The notes below the pieces were generated by a model. It did not search any database. It was not told the DNA's origin and worked only from the letters and a program-made list of their open reading frames with translations. Source: Raillietiella orientalis (Eukaryota). From it: DNA of 64,000 nucleotides. Positions 1 through 28,467 of this stretch are shown one piece after another; the stretch's first letter is position 1, and each line of letters opens with the position of its first letter. The translations under genes and the position numbers were made by a program. The stretch lies in NCBI GenBank assembly GCA_036172245.1, contig JAYWIR010000071.1:186001-250000 (forward strand), given 5' to 3'.

Positions 1-3000
1 GACATAGAAAACAAGAGCGGGCGAGCATACTTGTCTCCAAAAGCGTTGGCTTCTGCATCAGCTGCGATCGTCTTATAGTGCAATGCAGCCCTCTTTACTT
101 CAAGAAAACTCTCTCCATTTGAGTTTCATGTACTATCCTAATTCTTCCAGATTGCTACTGTCTATACATTGGTTAAAAGTCAGATAAGCTACCATTATTA
201 TTATGTTGAATGTAAAACGGCAAAGGGAATTATTCAGTATATCTCTTCTTACTGCCAACCAAGCGACTAATTTTTTACCTAGTACTAATTGTACCATCGC
301 ATCAATGGTGTTATTTGTGATGAAGTCACGATTCTTTATGGAAAATTTAAAACAGTGCCTTTACGAAGAAAAAGCTCAGCTCTCTGGAGAAAGGATTTCT
401 TTTCCATGGAGTTCTCTTATCTGACTTAGACTTCAAAGGATCGGCTTGAATTGTCACTGCATCTAAAGTGCAGGGGCAGAACATGCTTTATTATGTGATG
501 GTTTTGTTGCAGATCTACGGATAAGTTGCAAAGGAGTGGGATCTGTTTTTCGATTCTGGGTCAAAATACTCTGACAGCTGGATGTGAAGCTCTAATACAG
601 GTGGAACTGACCATCTACTGACCTCTGAGACTTCTGGGAACCACTTGCGTGGCTTAAACTCAAACCCACTATGTGCTTATAAATCCAGGCTTTTGTTTTG
701 CGCCTTTGGTTGATCAGGGTCTTTGACTGCAGGAAGAACAGTATGATTACTCTTTTTTTGTTTTTTAAGACTTACCCTACAATCAATCAAAAGTCTCAAT
801 CAAAGAATGAAAACAAAAACCATGGCTATTTGCCTCAGCAAATAATTTACTATTTTTTAATAATAAAAATTTTCTGAGGCAATTTTGTACCTCACAAACA
901 CGGACAAACCCTTGCATATTCACAATCAACCAGTAACAGGAACCGCGCATAAATTCGTCACAAGCTGTCAATGGAGGTTTTGCAAATCATGGTATGGCTG
1001 CGAAACACAAAACGACTCAGGAAGATAACATGACTGGAAGTGCTGATACGAAAAGCTTATCAAAAACTTTATTTGATATAAAAAAGAGTGGGAATAGCAA
1101 GTGTCCTTGAACGTGAGGATTTTCGCTTATTTTGGGGTGACTTTCAATCCCACATTTGGCAGCACAATGCATGCACAAATGTTTGTCCATGTCTCCATGC
1201 GATTCGATCCATGCATGGATCTGATGCTTTTGTTAGATTTTATCTCCTCATCCGTTTTTACTTTATCGGACCAAGTCGAACATCAAATTCGGGCATCGAA
1301 ACAGAGTTCAGTCCAGAATATTTCACATATTTCCTTCAAAAAGTGCTTTCAGAATCACTGTCTACGCAAAACATGAATATCAACAAGAGAGTCAAGAGCC
1401 ACCCGAGTTCGAATCATCCTTCCGTGTTTCTGACATCTGAATTGAATAATTATCTTTCTTCTCCAGATTAATGTTCGTTTTGACCCTTTCTTACAATAGA
1501 TGTTGAAACCTCCTAATGTGCTCTGTCTCTTACAATCCAGGCAAAAGCATTGCAATGAGACATTAACAAGGTTTCCCATTTAATTTGAGCTTCGAGGAGT
1601 CGTAATGTAATGTGCACTGTAAGCTCTCATCTCTGGATCATTAATCCGGCTTTTATTCCTCCTTTCTTCAGAAACATGTACAACATGTGCAAGAACGCTG
1701 CGAGAGCTCATCCTGAGTAACCAACGACGGCGATCGTTTCGATTTGATAGATTCGTGTGAGTTCTTAAAGAAATAAGCAGTAGCAAAGAGCTTTACTTGA
1801 TTACTACATTCCACAATAGTGAGAGGTGCTTCTGACAGAGCAATATGTGGTGTGTGGATCCTTCATCTCATAATACATGAGGCTGTTTCCACGCTTTCAA
1901 GATTATTGAGCAAGCAAGTCGTGGATAGTCTAAACATATCACTACTATTCCAAGAGTTGATAGTTATTGTTCTCATCAAACCTGAATATCGCTTCCATGT
2001 ATTCAGGGAATCTAACAGTCAGTTTTGCTTAGTAATTAATCAGCATGTGGGTGTTCAGCAAGAGAGTGCGTAGTTTTTTGATTCTTTATACTTGATTCCA
2101 AAAAACAGAAAAGATGTTACACTATTTCTATGAACTTCAGTTTGAAATGCTTAAAATGAAACTAAGTCACTTTTTACTTGTATTGCTGAAACGAAACAGC
2201 AATGTGTTTATTCTTATCTATGACTATTCCTATGGTCACGAACAAGGCGTTTATTTCTGTAACTTGAAAGAAAAAAAAACAAAAAAACAGCAGCATTGTA
2301 CAAACCTCAATGAGAACATATTTAGACTCAAATTTGATGATGAAACTACATATGAAGAACGAAATGGATCGGTAAATTGAGAAGAAACTGAAAAGGCCTC
2401 TAAGAATCTACAAAAAAACAATATAAAGATTTCTTAAAAGTTTCCTATATCTTCAGAAAGAAAGGAAAAAACGTCAAATTGTGAGTACTCCATAGAATAC
2501 TGGAAACGAAAAAAAACTTTGTTTATTGATATCAACTCGATGCTATCTATCCACATACGTTTAGAGAGTAGTGAAACTTTAGGGATGCCAACAATACGCT
2601 GAGAATGGTTTGGTTTATCCGAATGAATGATTCACGTTAGTTTTTTCCATGCGATCATTCTTGTCACAGATGTTACAATACGCAATCTTTTTTTTTTTTT
2701 TTTTTGCATTCTTTTGGGAAGATAACTTCGATGAGAAGAAAAATGGAAACATTGACAACTTTCTGAAGTATATAATGGAGAAGGCATATTTAAAAAAGAA
2801 AGATTAACCTAAGGTTTTGGCATAGCAGTGCAATCATAGAGTGATGATTATATATTGTAATGATTATTTTTGCAATGATGGCAAACCTTAGTTAAGGGAA
2901 AACTATTTCGAAAACTGAATTCTTAATTTTGATACCATAGCAATCAAGGATGAGAATGCATGTAGCCCAAAGGATCTTAAAAGATTCAGATTTGAAAATA

Positions 3001-5717
3001 AAGAAGTTTAATCGAAAACAATAGTAAAGAAGATGATTTCTGGTAACGGAAAAGTGAGATTCATCCTTCTTTCAAGAGAATGAAGAAAGTAAGTGAAGAA
3101 GATGCTCGATTGGAGATGAATGAGTGAGCGATGTTATTGTGAGAGAGAAAAGCTTAGAGTAAAAAAGTTCGCAAATCTAAGAATTAGAAAACAAATAAAG
3201 GATGAGTTGAATTCAAGAATGTGAGAAAAGAATCTTCGAACTGATTAGGTGTGGAACCTTTACTTATTAGGAGATATTTGCTTTGTTATATAAGTATATA
3301 TAAGAGGGAGTAGTAGAGGGTTAATAAAGGTTGGTGATAAAGATTCTAGTTTTCCCGAATAATTGGAAGTTTAAAATCAAAGAGTAAGATGTTAAAATTT
3401 TCAGAACTTATGTATAGATAGGGATTATAATACAGCTGAAGAAGATGAATCTCGGAGGAAAGTTAGAATATAAACTAAATTAGTTCATGAATGAAAAATG
3501 CAGGGAAACAATTAATGAAAGGAGAATACATCTATTAATTCATGAACTAAGAACGAAAGCAAGCTTATTTTTTGATGAAAAACTCTCTAGGAGTTCGATA
3601 ATAACCTTAACTGACATAGACTAAACGATACATTGTGATTAATCAAGTTGATGTGCATATTCTTGTTTAAAATGTTAGGTATTTTTTGTAGATAATATTA
3701 TTGAAAATACTGAAGATGTGTTCTCTCAAGTGTTTAATAATTCTACCATATTGATTAACTAATTGATCGTATTTTCGTTTTGTTGAGTTGGGTTGGTAAC
3801 GAATCGCAAAAGCAGATATAAGCGACTAAAATAAAAACAAAACATGATAGCTTCGTCAAAGTGCTTGATTGTGAGGTAGAGCAAATGATTTGCATTGAGG
3901 GAAAGAAATAGCAGATCCTTTGTAACTTCTCAGTCAACCATGCTCTCTATAAGTCGGAACATCATTATAACTAAAGAAATTTTGGATAGGAAGCGAGTAG
4001 ATTTGGGTCGCATGGTTTATTCGTGTTTTCTGACAATATTTTAATATTTTAGTTTATACAGTGAGAAGGCATGGAAAACAGCCGAAAAAGTGGAAAGAGA
4101 AATGAGATTCTTCATTTTGAGGAAAATGTCGGAATTTTCATGGTCAGCAGTTTGTATTATATTCAAAAAAAAAAAAATTGTGTACTGTGGTAGATATTTC
4201 AGTGGAAAATTAGTTGGAAATTGTTTTACATGGAAACCCATGTGAAATGTTAAGATACTGGACATGCTATGAATTCTGTTTAGTAAATTGAATAAGATGC
4301 CAACTGGGTAGAATACTGAAATAGCTTCCATCTTGTATGGGGTGTTGCAGTAGAGTATGCATGAAACATTGCTTGTAGAATTCGCTGTGGAAAAAACTAT
4401 TGAATAATACTCGTAGTGCATTAAATTATTATTCGAATATTGTACTTTCAATTTTTGCACTTTCCTAAATATTCTTTGCAATCTGACTGTTTTTGTATGT
4501 GTGACATATGTGGTGATGGATGTTGCCTTATTTTCCGTACATATTCCTCTGTGACACGTTCAGTTATTACTCAAGTTAAAAAGCGGATGAAAATATCAAA
4601 AAAATTACATCATCAAATGGATGAAATAATGTTTGTAGGCTATTTTACCCATATTGCTGACCTGGCTTTGTAACGTATTTTTATATCTTTCCATTTGCTG
4701 TGGTTCTGAATTTTGAATGGCGTAATTCTCTTAATCAAAAAGCAATACAATGAGTTTGAACCATCAAGTGGATCATGGAGAACAGCTTTTCTATTACAGT
4801 GATTACTAATATTAACAGTTTCTAAAAATTTTCTTTCTTTAACTTATATTATTTTCTTGCCAAAGACTTAAAGTTGATGGAAGCAAATGAATAGTGATTT
4901 TCCTTCTTTGAAATTAGTTTACATTATAGAGCTATTGCATTACAAGGCGTATATCCTCGTGTATTTGTGATTGTAATTGTTGTTCAGCTTCATGTTCTAT
5001 TTTAAATTGTATTCTTCATGTTTGAATGTGTAACAGTTATTTTCGATATTAACTTTATAGTTCTGTAGTAGTAAGTTGTTTGTGAAACATTTAAAGCTTT
5101 TATTTAAGAAGTTATGAATTTCAGATTTCACCATCATGAGAATTAGGCTTAGATTGTTTGCTTTCATTTTGAAAAATACTGTAGATTTTTCAATGGATAT
5201 CAATAAAAGTACTTCAAAGTTATCATCACTCTTGATTATACTATCGTACCTCGTTTGTTTTTGCTTGGATATTAAGATTTGTTCAAGATTTCCATATATG
5301 TACCTGTAAATAACTTGTAAAAGGATAATAAGCTGTATGAGTATGCCTGCAAGAAGTATTAATGAACTTGAAAATAGTGAATGTATACATTAATTATGAT
5401 GCTAACTGATTTAGATTGATTATAGTTAACGTAATTTATTGAATTGAGGTGTTTTAATTTGTGCAAATGTATTAACGTGAATTTAGAAGTAAAAACCTAT
5501 TTGAGACAATTATGTTGATGATAATTTTCCTCAGATAGCTTGTTAACATAATAAAATGCAAAGGAATGTGATTTTGATAAGTTTTAGCTTTAAGCTTTAT
5601 GAATTATTAAAATGTGATCTGACGAAAATTTTGTAATAATTTTTCATAATTCAGAACCCATGATAAAAGTAACAATGATTGAGATTTATAGGTATTAATA
5701 TTATTTTGTCATTGCAG

Positions 5718-8700
5718 GAATCTGTTGAGGAATGTATAAAAAGTAAATGTATTAAACCTTTGGAAGTTGCTTTCAAATTAACCACTGGGAGGTATATTTC
5801 AAAGTTCATTTTATATAGCTTTCACAATCTGTTCTTAGCATTTCAGACAAGAAAACTATACTGGACATGCTCTGGAGAAAATATATGGCCTCACTTTTAC
5901 TGGATGGGAATCTTAAAGATATCCAAAAGTGTGAAACATGCATTGATCTTAGCATAGAAGCTGCAAAAGCAGAATTCTGTAGTGCTGCTCTTTCATCCTT
6001 ACTGTTGTCAGATCTTTATGATGGATCTACCATAGATGAATGTGAATATTTATTTCATTTTGTTGAAGACAGAATAGACATATGGAAAACTTCCTATTTT
6101 TTTTCTACATGCAAAAATCAGCTGCTTCGATTATGCAATGGTAAAAAGTGAAATGAAAATCTCAAGCTGTAACTTTACTTTTTGAATCTGATAGATCTTT
6201 TACGAAGACTGTGTCAGTCCCAAAATACTGTGTTCAGTGGAAGAATTCTTCTCTTTTTAGCAAAGTTTTTTCCATTATCTGAAAGATCAGGTAAATAGCT
6301 TTTATTAATATGGGAATTGTTACATAATGCAAATGAATACATATACGTTCATTGATATTTGGTTGTGTAAAATTTCATTTTTTTCTCAGGTTTAAACATA
6401 GTTAGTGAATTTAATTTAGATAATGTTACAATCTTTGGAAAGGAAGAAACTAATTTAGATGGAGGCTCCATGAAGGATGTTTTTCCTGATGAAAATAGCT
6501 TAGTGTATGTTTAATTAACCACATTCTTATTTAAATTAACTTAAACAGATATTTTAAATATATATTTTATGTTCATTACAAGCTTCACAATATTAATTCA
6601 ATCACTTTAGGTCTTTTGCTGTTGATTACAATTTATATTTCAAGTTCTGGTGTCTCCAGGATTTTTTCCGCAATCCCAATCTTTGCTATAATAAGATTCC
6701 ATGGAAGACATTTAGCAGTGTAAGCTATTTTTGCTTTTATTTGAAACATTCTGTTGGCTAATTAAGCATTATATAAAGCAAGATTCAAGTTTAGTATAGT
6801 TGATGTTTATAAACATATAGTTTTATATTTCACATGGCTCAGTTTTTAACAATTACATGCATGATATAATGTTTGCAAAGGGTTGCTCTGTCCCATTTAA
6901 AAAAGAATGTATCAACTTCAAATTTCTCACAAGATTTGAAAGAGAATCTTTCATTTAATAACCTAGAATAAGCATGTTTGATAGTGTCTTTCCTGTATTG
7001 TGTAATAATGCACTTGAGTGTATTTTTCGTTTCTGAATACTCGAAATGAACAGGTAAGTCCTTAGGATATTTCAAATAGTCATTCAGTGTTCATTGTAAT
7101 GTTTGTTTAGCTAATAATTCCTAATGATTAATTTCCTAATTCCTGATGAATAATGTTTACTTTGTGAATTTATTGGCAGCACTGAAACATTTTAAACACT
7201 AGTTTTTGTCAATTATCAGCAAAATTATGTCTTTTGCTTATTGTTTTTGTCTTTAGGTTCTCGCGTCTACTTTTTCCTGCTTGTTATTGGTGTATACTCT
7301 GCATGTTCAAAAAATACACAACATTTGCTTGATGCTTTGGTTTAGACTTTTGAGTTTCCTTCTTGATAAAGTTATTTCTTAATAATTTGTCATGTTAAAT
7401 TAAATGCATCATTATATAGTTTCCGCCTAACCACAATTAAATGCGAATGTGATATGATTGCAATACATTAGAATGTAAATGAGCTCTTTTGTTGGATTGC
7501 TTGTTTTTGCCCATTTTTGCTGATGTCACAAAACGAGCATCGAAATGATTTAGATCCCATCTGCAAATTAAAAAAAAAAAACTCATGAGAATTTTTCTTT
7601 TACAGCATTCAGATGATGTTTTAGAAGCCTTTTCAAGTTTTAAATTGGATTCTTCGATTATTCAGAAAGGAGGAAAGGATCATGAGGGCAATAATATGAA
7701 ATCATTGTTTTCCCATTATTTTGCCAAATATCTTACCAGTCAAAAACTGTTGGAATTACAACTAAGTGATAGTAACTTTCGGAGATACATACTTGTTCAG
7801 TTTCTGATTCTCTTTCAATATTTGAAATCTACTGTGAAGTTTAAACCGTAAGATATTCCTCTTCATTTTTTATAAACTAATGTTTTGAACATTGAATTAC
7901 ATTCTCAGTCTTTGTGCTTTTGTCTATTCTCTAACTCAATGCTATGTGCCCATTTCCGTAATGCATATTTTCTCTATATAAATTTTAAAAACAAAACTAT
8001 AATGTGCTTCTTTTTTGTTATCGGTGCTGTCAGTGTTTTGGTGTAGTACCAAGAGCTAAAACATCTAATTCATGTAAAATGCTTTAGGCACTTATGCATC
8101 ATGAAATGATTAAAAACAAATTTGGTACCAATTCTACACAAAGATTTAGTGTAAGATAATTAGGGAAAGATTGTTGCATATGATTTTGTGCAAATGGAAT
8201 GAGCTAAGTTGCAACAAGTTCAGAACATAAAACTTTTAGCATGGCGTGGATCATTTTATATTATAAAAATGTGAGGGTGGTTATAAGAAATTGTTACTCA
8301 GAGAGCACAGTTGTGGCTTTTAGAAATCTCCAGTTCAAATTACTTAAGATGCGAAGATAAAGAATTTGATAATAGACACGATAATTTCAATTTTAATTAT
8401 GAAGACTATATCAAAGAAGGAATTTTTTCTGTAGTTGGAATAAACACATGAAGAGATGTTTTTTTGTGATCAAAGGAAGGAGCTTTGAAGGTTCGCTGAT
8501 ACTGGATGGAGCAGAGCGAAGAGTACAGATGACACTAACGAAATTGGATTCCATTCCATGTGGGCAGCTGATCTGTTTATATCACATAGTGAAGCATTCT
8601 TGTATATACAATTTGCTTGTGAAGACAACTTGCAATGTAATCATTATTGCTTATTGCGATAGAAAAAACAGCAACTTATTTGCAGAAATCAAACAAAATA

Positions 8701-10262
8701 AAATTAATGATTTTTGAAATTGAACTACATAGTTTTTCAGCAAAAAAGGGCAACTGCCCCTTTGTAACATGCATAATATAATTTCTTGCGAATTCAGGTT
8801 TAAAGTGTAATGTCCATTTTTAAAATGTGTAAGAAAGCATCTCACCAAGAATTTTTGTTTGTTCTTGTTCATCACTGACAAAGGAAGGGGTCATCATCCC
8901 GGGGTTATTTACATTAGTGTTACTTTTTAGAGAAAATTATCTTTTGGATGATGATCAGATAACTTGGATTGATAAGACAAGCGAAAAAGTTTACAAACTT
9001 ATTTGTGAAACACTTCCTTATGGAACAACATTTTGTGAATTTGTGAAGCATCAGCTTAAGGTGCAGTTGTTTTTCTATTTGCATTATTCATTTCATGCTA
9101 TGAAAAGGAGTTTCATAACGTAATTCAAGACTTAAAATTCGTTTTCCATTACGAAATGATTAATTTTGCAACATTTTTAAGAGGGAAGAAAAGTGGAGCA
9201 CATGGAAAAACGAAGGATGTCCTGAATTTAAGTCACCTCTTGCTGGTAGCCTGTCAGATGGGAACCCGAAATTAAAAGTTTCTTTGCATAGGAGAGCACG
9301 AAAACGCGCAGGAGATGAAATACGAAGTGCTCTCTCTGAGAAAAGAAGCCTAATGGGCAAGTGAGAACAGCTGATAAACAAGTGTCATTGTTAAACCATT
9401 GCTTGACCACCAGTTGTGAACTTACTCGACTTTGGAATTTATCAGCCAACAATATGGATGCATGCAGATCACAAGAGCGTGACTTCATGCCATCTCTGGA
9501 AGCTTATTTTGAAGAAGCTATACATCAGAGCCATAACGATAACATTAAAGAAGAGGAAAAGTAAGTCGGTTTTGTCTTGAATCATATGTATTGTTTCTCT
9601 TAGGCTCATCAATGATCCGAATTTTGCTTGGAGGGCTCTCCGACTTCTGGCACGTCAAAGTCCGTACTTTTTCAGTTATGGGAATATGAATACTGAAACA
9701 AAAATATCCGTGTACCTGGATTCTATGATCAGACGCATCGCCAAAGACGTAGTGGTGAGTGGAAACATCACAAGTAGATTATTGTGCTTCAAGTGTCATC
9801 CGAATTTTGCACCACCCAAAGTCGAGAGCGAAACGTTACAAACAGAAACTCAGGAAGCAGATATAGATGACGAATTGTTGAAAGTGAAAGATGAAGTAGA
9901 AGGAGATCCTGCACAGGATGATTGTTGTCCTGAGTCTCATTCTGAACGAGATAAGTTGTTTACTCTGGAAGAAGCTGAGAAGCTAGCAAGTCAGTTAGGA
10001 GAGGGTTGGAAGATTTTAGCCCTGAAGCTAGGATTTACATCAGATCAGGTACTCATGCTTTGTTTCAAGTTCTACAACTGAAATCTCAATCTAATTCTAG
10101 ATTGAATACTTTGAGTCGCAACTTTCCAATTGTACAGAGCAAGCAAAATTAATGCTACAGATCTGGATTGAAGAAAGTTCTGAAGATGCGACTGTAGATA
10201 ATTTGTTATACATAATGCAAGGTTTGCAAATGGAGAAGCAAGCAGAGGGTATTTTATGTTAA
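5718..10262 (+). CDS. THOC1: THO complex subunit 1 (Hpr1/p84N5), multi-exon, with C-terminal death domain
   Basis: GT-AG exons about 5718-5791, 5839-6140, 6195-6290, 6390-6504, 6611-6719, 7606-7847, 8931-9060, 9182-9360, 9414-9560, 9604-9754, 9794-10048, 10101-10262 (TAA). Motifs [95 protein letters not shown] and WRALRLLARQSPYFF match THOC1. The start is uncertain; a micro-exon ATG ATA AAA|gtaac at 5660-5668 is a candidate. Confidence 0.95.
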
Positions 10263-10267
10263 ATAAA
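10262..10267 (+). promoter_or_regulatory. polyadenylation signal of THOC1, overlapping the stop codon
   Basis: TAAATAAA: the AATAAA shares the last base of the TAA stop and is followed by a GT/T-rich element (gtcttgttctgtatt, about 10282-10296). Confidence 0.65.
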
Positions 10268-10380
10268 AGGATCTTCCATTAGTCTTGTTCTGTATTCACT
10301 GGTTGGGAGGATGTCTGCTCAACCATGGCATAATATCCTGCAGACCAACCTTGTTTTGTAGATTTATTTAGGCTTAGGTA

Positions 10381-10398
10381 TTGTTTTTTTTTCTTTAG
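10381..10398 (+). promoter_or_regulatory. strong 3' splice acceptor upstream of the TMEM259 start codon (cis or trans)
   Basis: ttgtttttttttctttag|g lies 31 nt before ATG 10430. The nearest donor-like site (ag|gtattg, 10378) would give only a 21-nt intron. Confidence 0.55.
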
Positions 10399-10429
10399 GT
10401 TTATGCAGTAAAGAACCACAATAGCATGA

Positions 10430-17610
<7,181 letters not shown>

Positions 17611-19816
17611 CGCTGGTCGCCCCCCGTGAGCACAACTAGCAAGGAAGAGGAGGAGGGTGCGACCTCACCCTGCACGCCTGCGATCCCCGTTTGCCCGCTG
17701 CAGCGTGAACCTCCCACCGCCGTCTCCTTGAGGAGGAGGAGGAGGTCTTTGTGGTTCCCAAACCCTCAGCGTTGTCCCATCCTCCCAGCTCCTGCACCCT
17801 ATCCTGCCCTCCGACTGGAGAAAGGACGGTTCTTGTTCCATCACGAGCTTTGGGAACGTGCGCGCACGGCGCTGTTGCGACTTTTGCCAGAAATAAACTG
17901 GTTGACGCAGCTTAAGAAACTCCACCCTACTGGGAGAGTCCCCACAGAGGCGGCGCAACCTCATGGAGGATGAACCCCCTTCCTCCTCTTTTACTGTGTA
18001 AAAGGGACCCCGATCGGAGGTAACGCAGCGGCGCGGCAACACTCCCGGGGCAAGCTGCCCGGGAGCAGCAGCACCCGACACGTCTTGAAGCCAGCGGGTG
18101 CGTTGCCCCGAAGCTACCAGTGGATGCAGAAAAGGACAAAGCAATGTTCCGGCATGCAAAAGAATACCCCTGTCCCAGACGAGGATCGGAACTGTCGCTG
18201 GACTTTCCCAGATCCTCTACTGGAGGTGGTCCGGAGCGCCAGCCCAAATGTTCCAAAGCAGCTTCCACCCACTCGGTTTCTTTTCTCACTGCGATGCCTA
18301 TACGAGTCTTTTCCTGAGGTTCTGCGATTTTGTGCCTGCTCCCCACGAGGTCTATATCCTAACAACGACCTTGTATCTGGACGTTGTCACAACCCGGAGC
18401 GAATGTCTACTTCTTTCGCCCTCTTCAAGCACCCGTTTTTGCTTATCTTGGATCATTTGCATTCTTTCATCCCCGTCTGCCCCCTGGACCCATTTTTCAA
18501 CCTGTCAGGGGGGAATTTCAGGCGATGTACGCAGCAAGCGCCGACGAAACACGCTCAAGGAGAGGGAAGGAATACCGCCGTCCACTCCTCAGAGGTCAGC
18601 TTTGCAAATTGGGTTGCGATGCGTATACTTCGTCACCTTGACTGAGCACCTCTTCTGTTGCCGAACGCAGTCCAGCGCCTTTTGCTGCTCGATAGGGAGG
18701 TACAGCGCCTTTTAATGAGTAGCCTAGCCAGACCCGAGGTACTCGTTGCTGTCGTCACCCCTCCGCGTTCTCATGCATGGTGCTGCTGCTGGTGGCATCG
18801 AAGGGTTTCCTTCGTTCCCCGTGGTGAGGGCGTTGCTGTCGCCAGCCGCATCCCAAAGACCGCCGCTCCCGTAGTGGAGCGTGGTGCTGCATCATTGTGT
18901 CGCTGACTCTGACGGTCCTTATCGAGACCATCTTGTCAGGCGAGGATGCCCTTTGCTGCCACGGGGAGTCAGCACCAGCATGGAAGCGCGAGTGCTATAG
19001 AAGCATCATACGGCATTCGCGTGCAAGAGATTGCAGAAGTATGCACTGCTAGAGGGCTCTTTCTCGGAGTACGAGCATTATTCTTCCGGCTGTCGGAGTC
19101 CTGTATTGTCCTATCCCTCAAAGGAAAGTGGATGGAGCCCCATCGATCCTACTGAATGGAAAGGAAGTTGCCGAAAGCTTATTACTTGACCGTGGCTCTC
19201 CTGGAGCTGAAGACATGGGTGGATTGTGCGCAAGCGGGAGTGCTTGTGCACACCAGAGAGACACCCGAATTACGACCTCCGTACAATAACTCCTTCAGCT
19301 TGTACTTCGTGGCGAAAATCATAATTGCTTGCTTTGATGATGCGAGTCACCGCCATTTGGTGACATACCTCACCTACTGAACTCTGTAAATGGACGAAAA
19401 ACCCCGGAATAGATGTGCAGCAATGAAAAGAGCCCTAAGACAGTGGATGGATGACACCCACGGGTGTAAATCAGGTCACACAACTTTCTTGCGAGTGGAT
19501 TGGCAGCTAAAACATACTTCCAAACCTGTCTCCCGCACGTGTTCGAGCTCGCGAAAAAAAGCTTAGCACTATAAGTCAAAGGATTGTATTGTCAATCGTG
19601 GATTTAAGCTGCATTTGCAAAGCAAGTCTAGTAGCACTAGAAACGGCGTTAGTAAGGAAGTCACTGCACCTGAGGTGCTACGATCATCGCCGGAGATCTC
19701 CGTCACCCCTCCTCGCTGAGTGCGCAGAGGCACAACGTCAATCAATTATTTCTGTGCTCCGATCATTTGAGCATTGTCCAGGGAGTGGAAGACGCGCGCT
19801 GCACAGTGAGAAACGT

Positions 19817-28467
<8,651 letters not shown>

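Noticed and set aside
7143..7186. C/D-box snoRNA-like TGATGA...CTGA in a THOC1 intron (similar case at 53541-53593)
   Set aside because: Too short, imperfect boxes, no terminal stem or recognisable guide.
10378..10398. 21-nt GT-AG intron in the TMEM259 leader
   Set aside because: Far shorter than the smallest supported introns here (~39 nt), with no room for a branch point.
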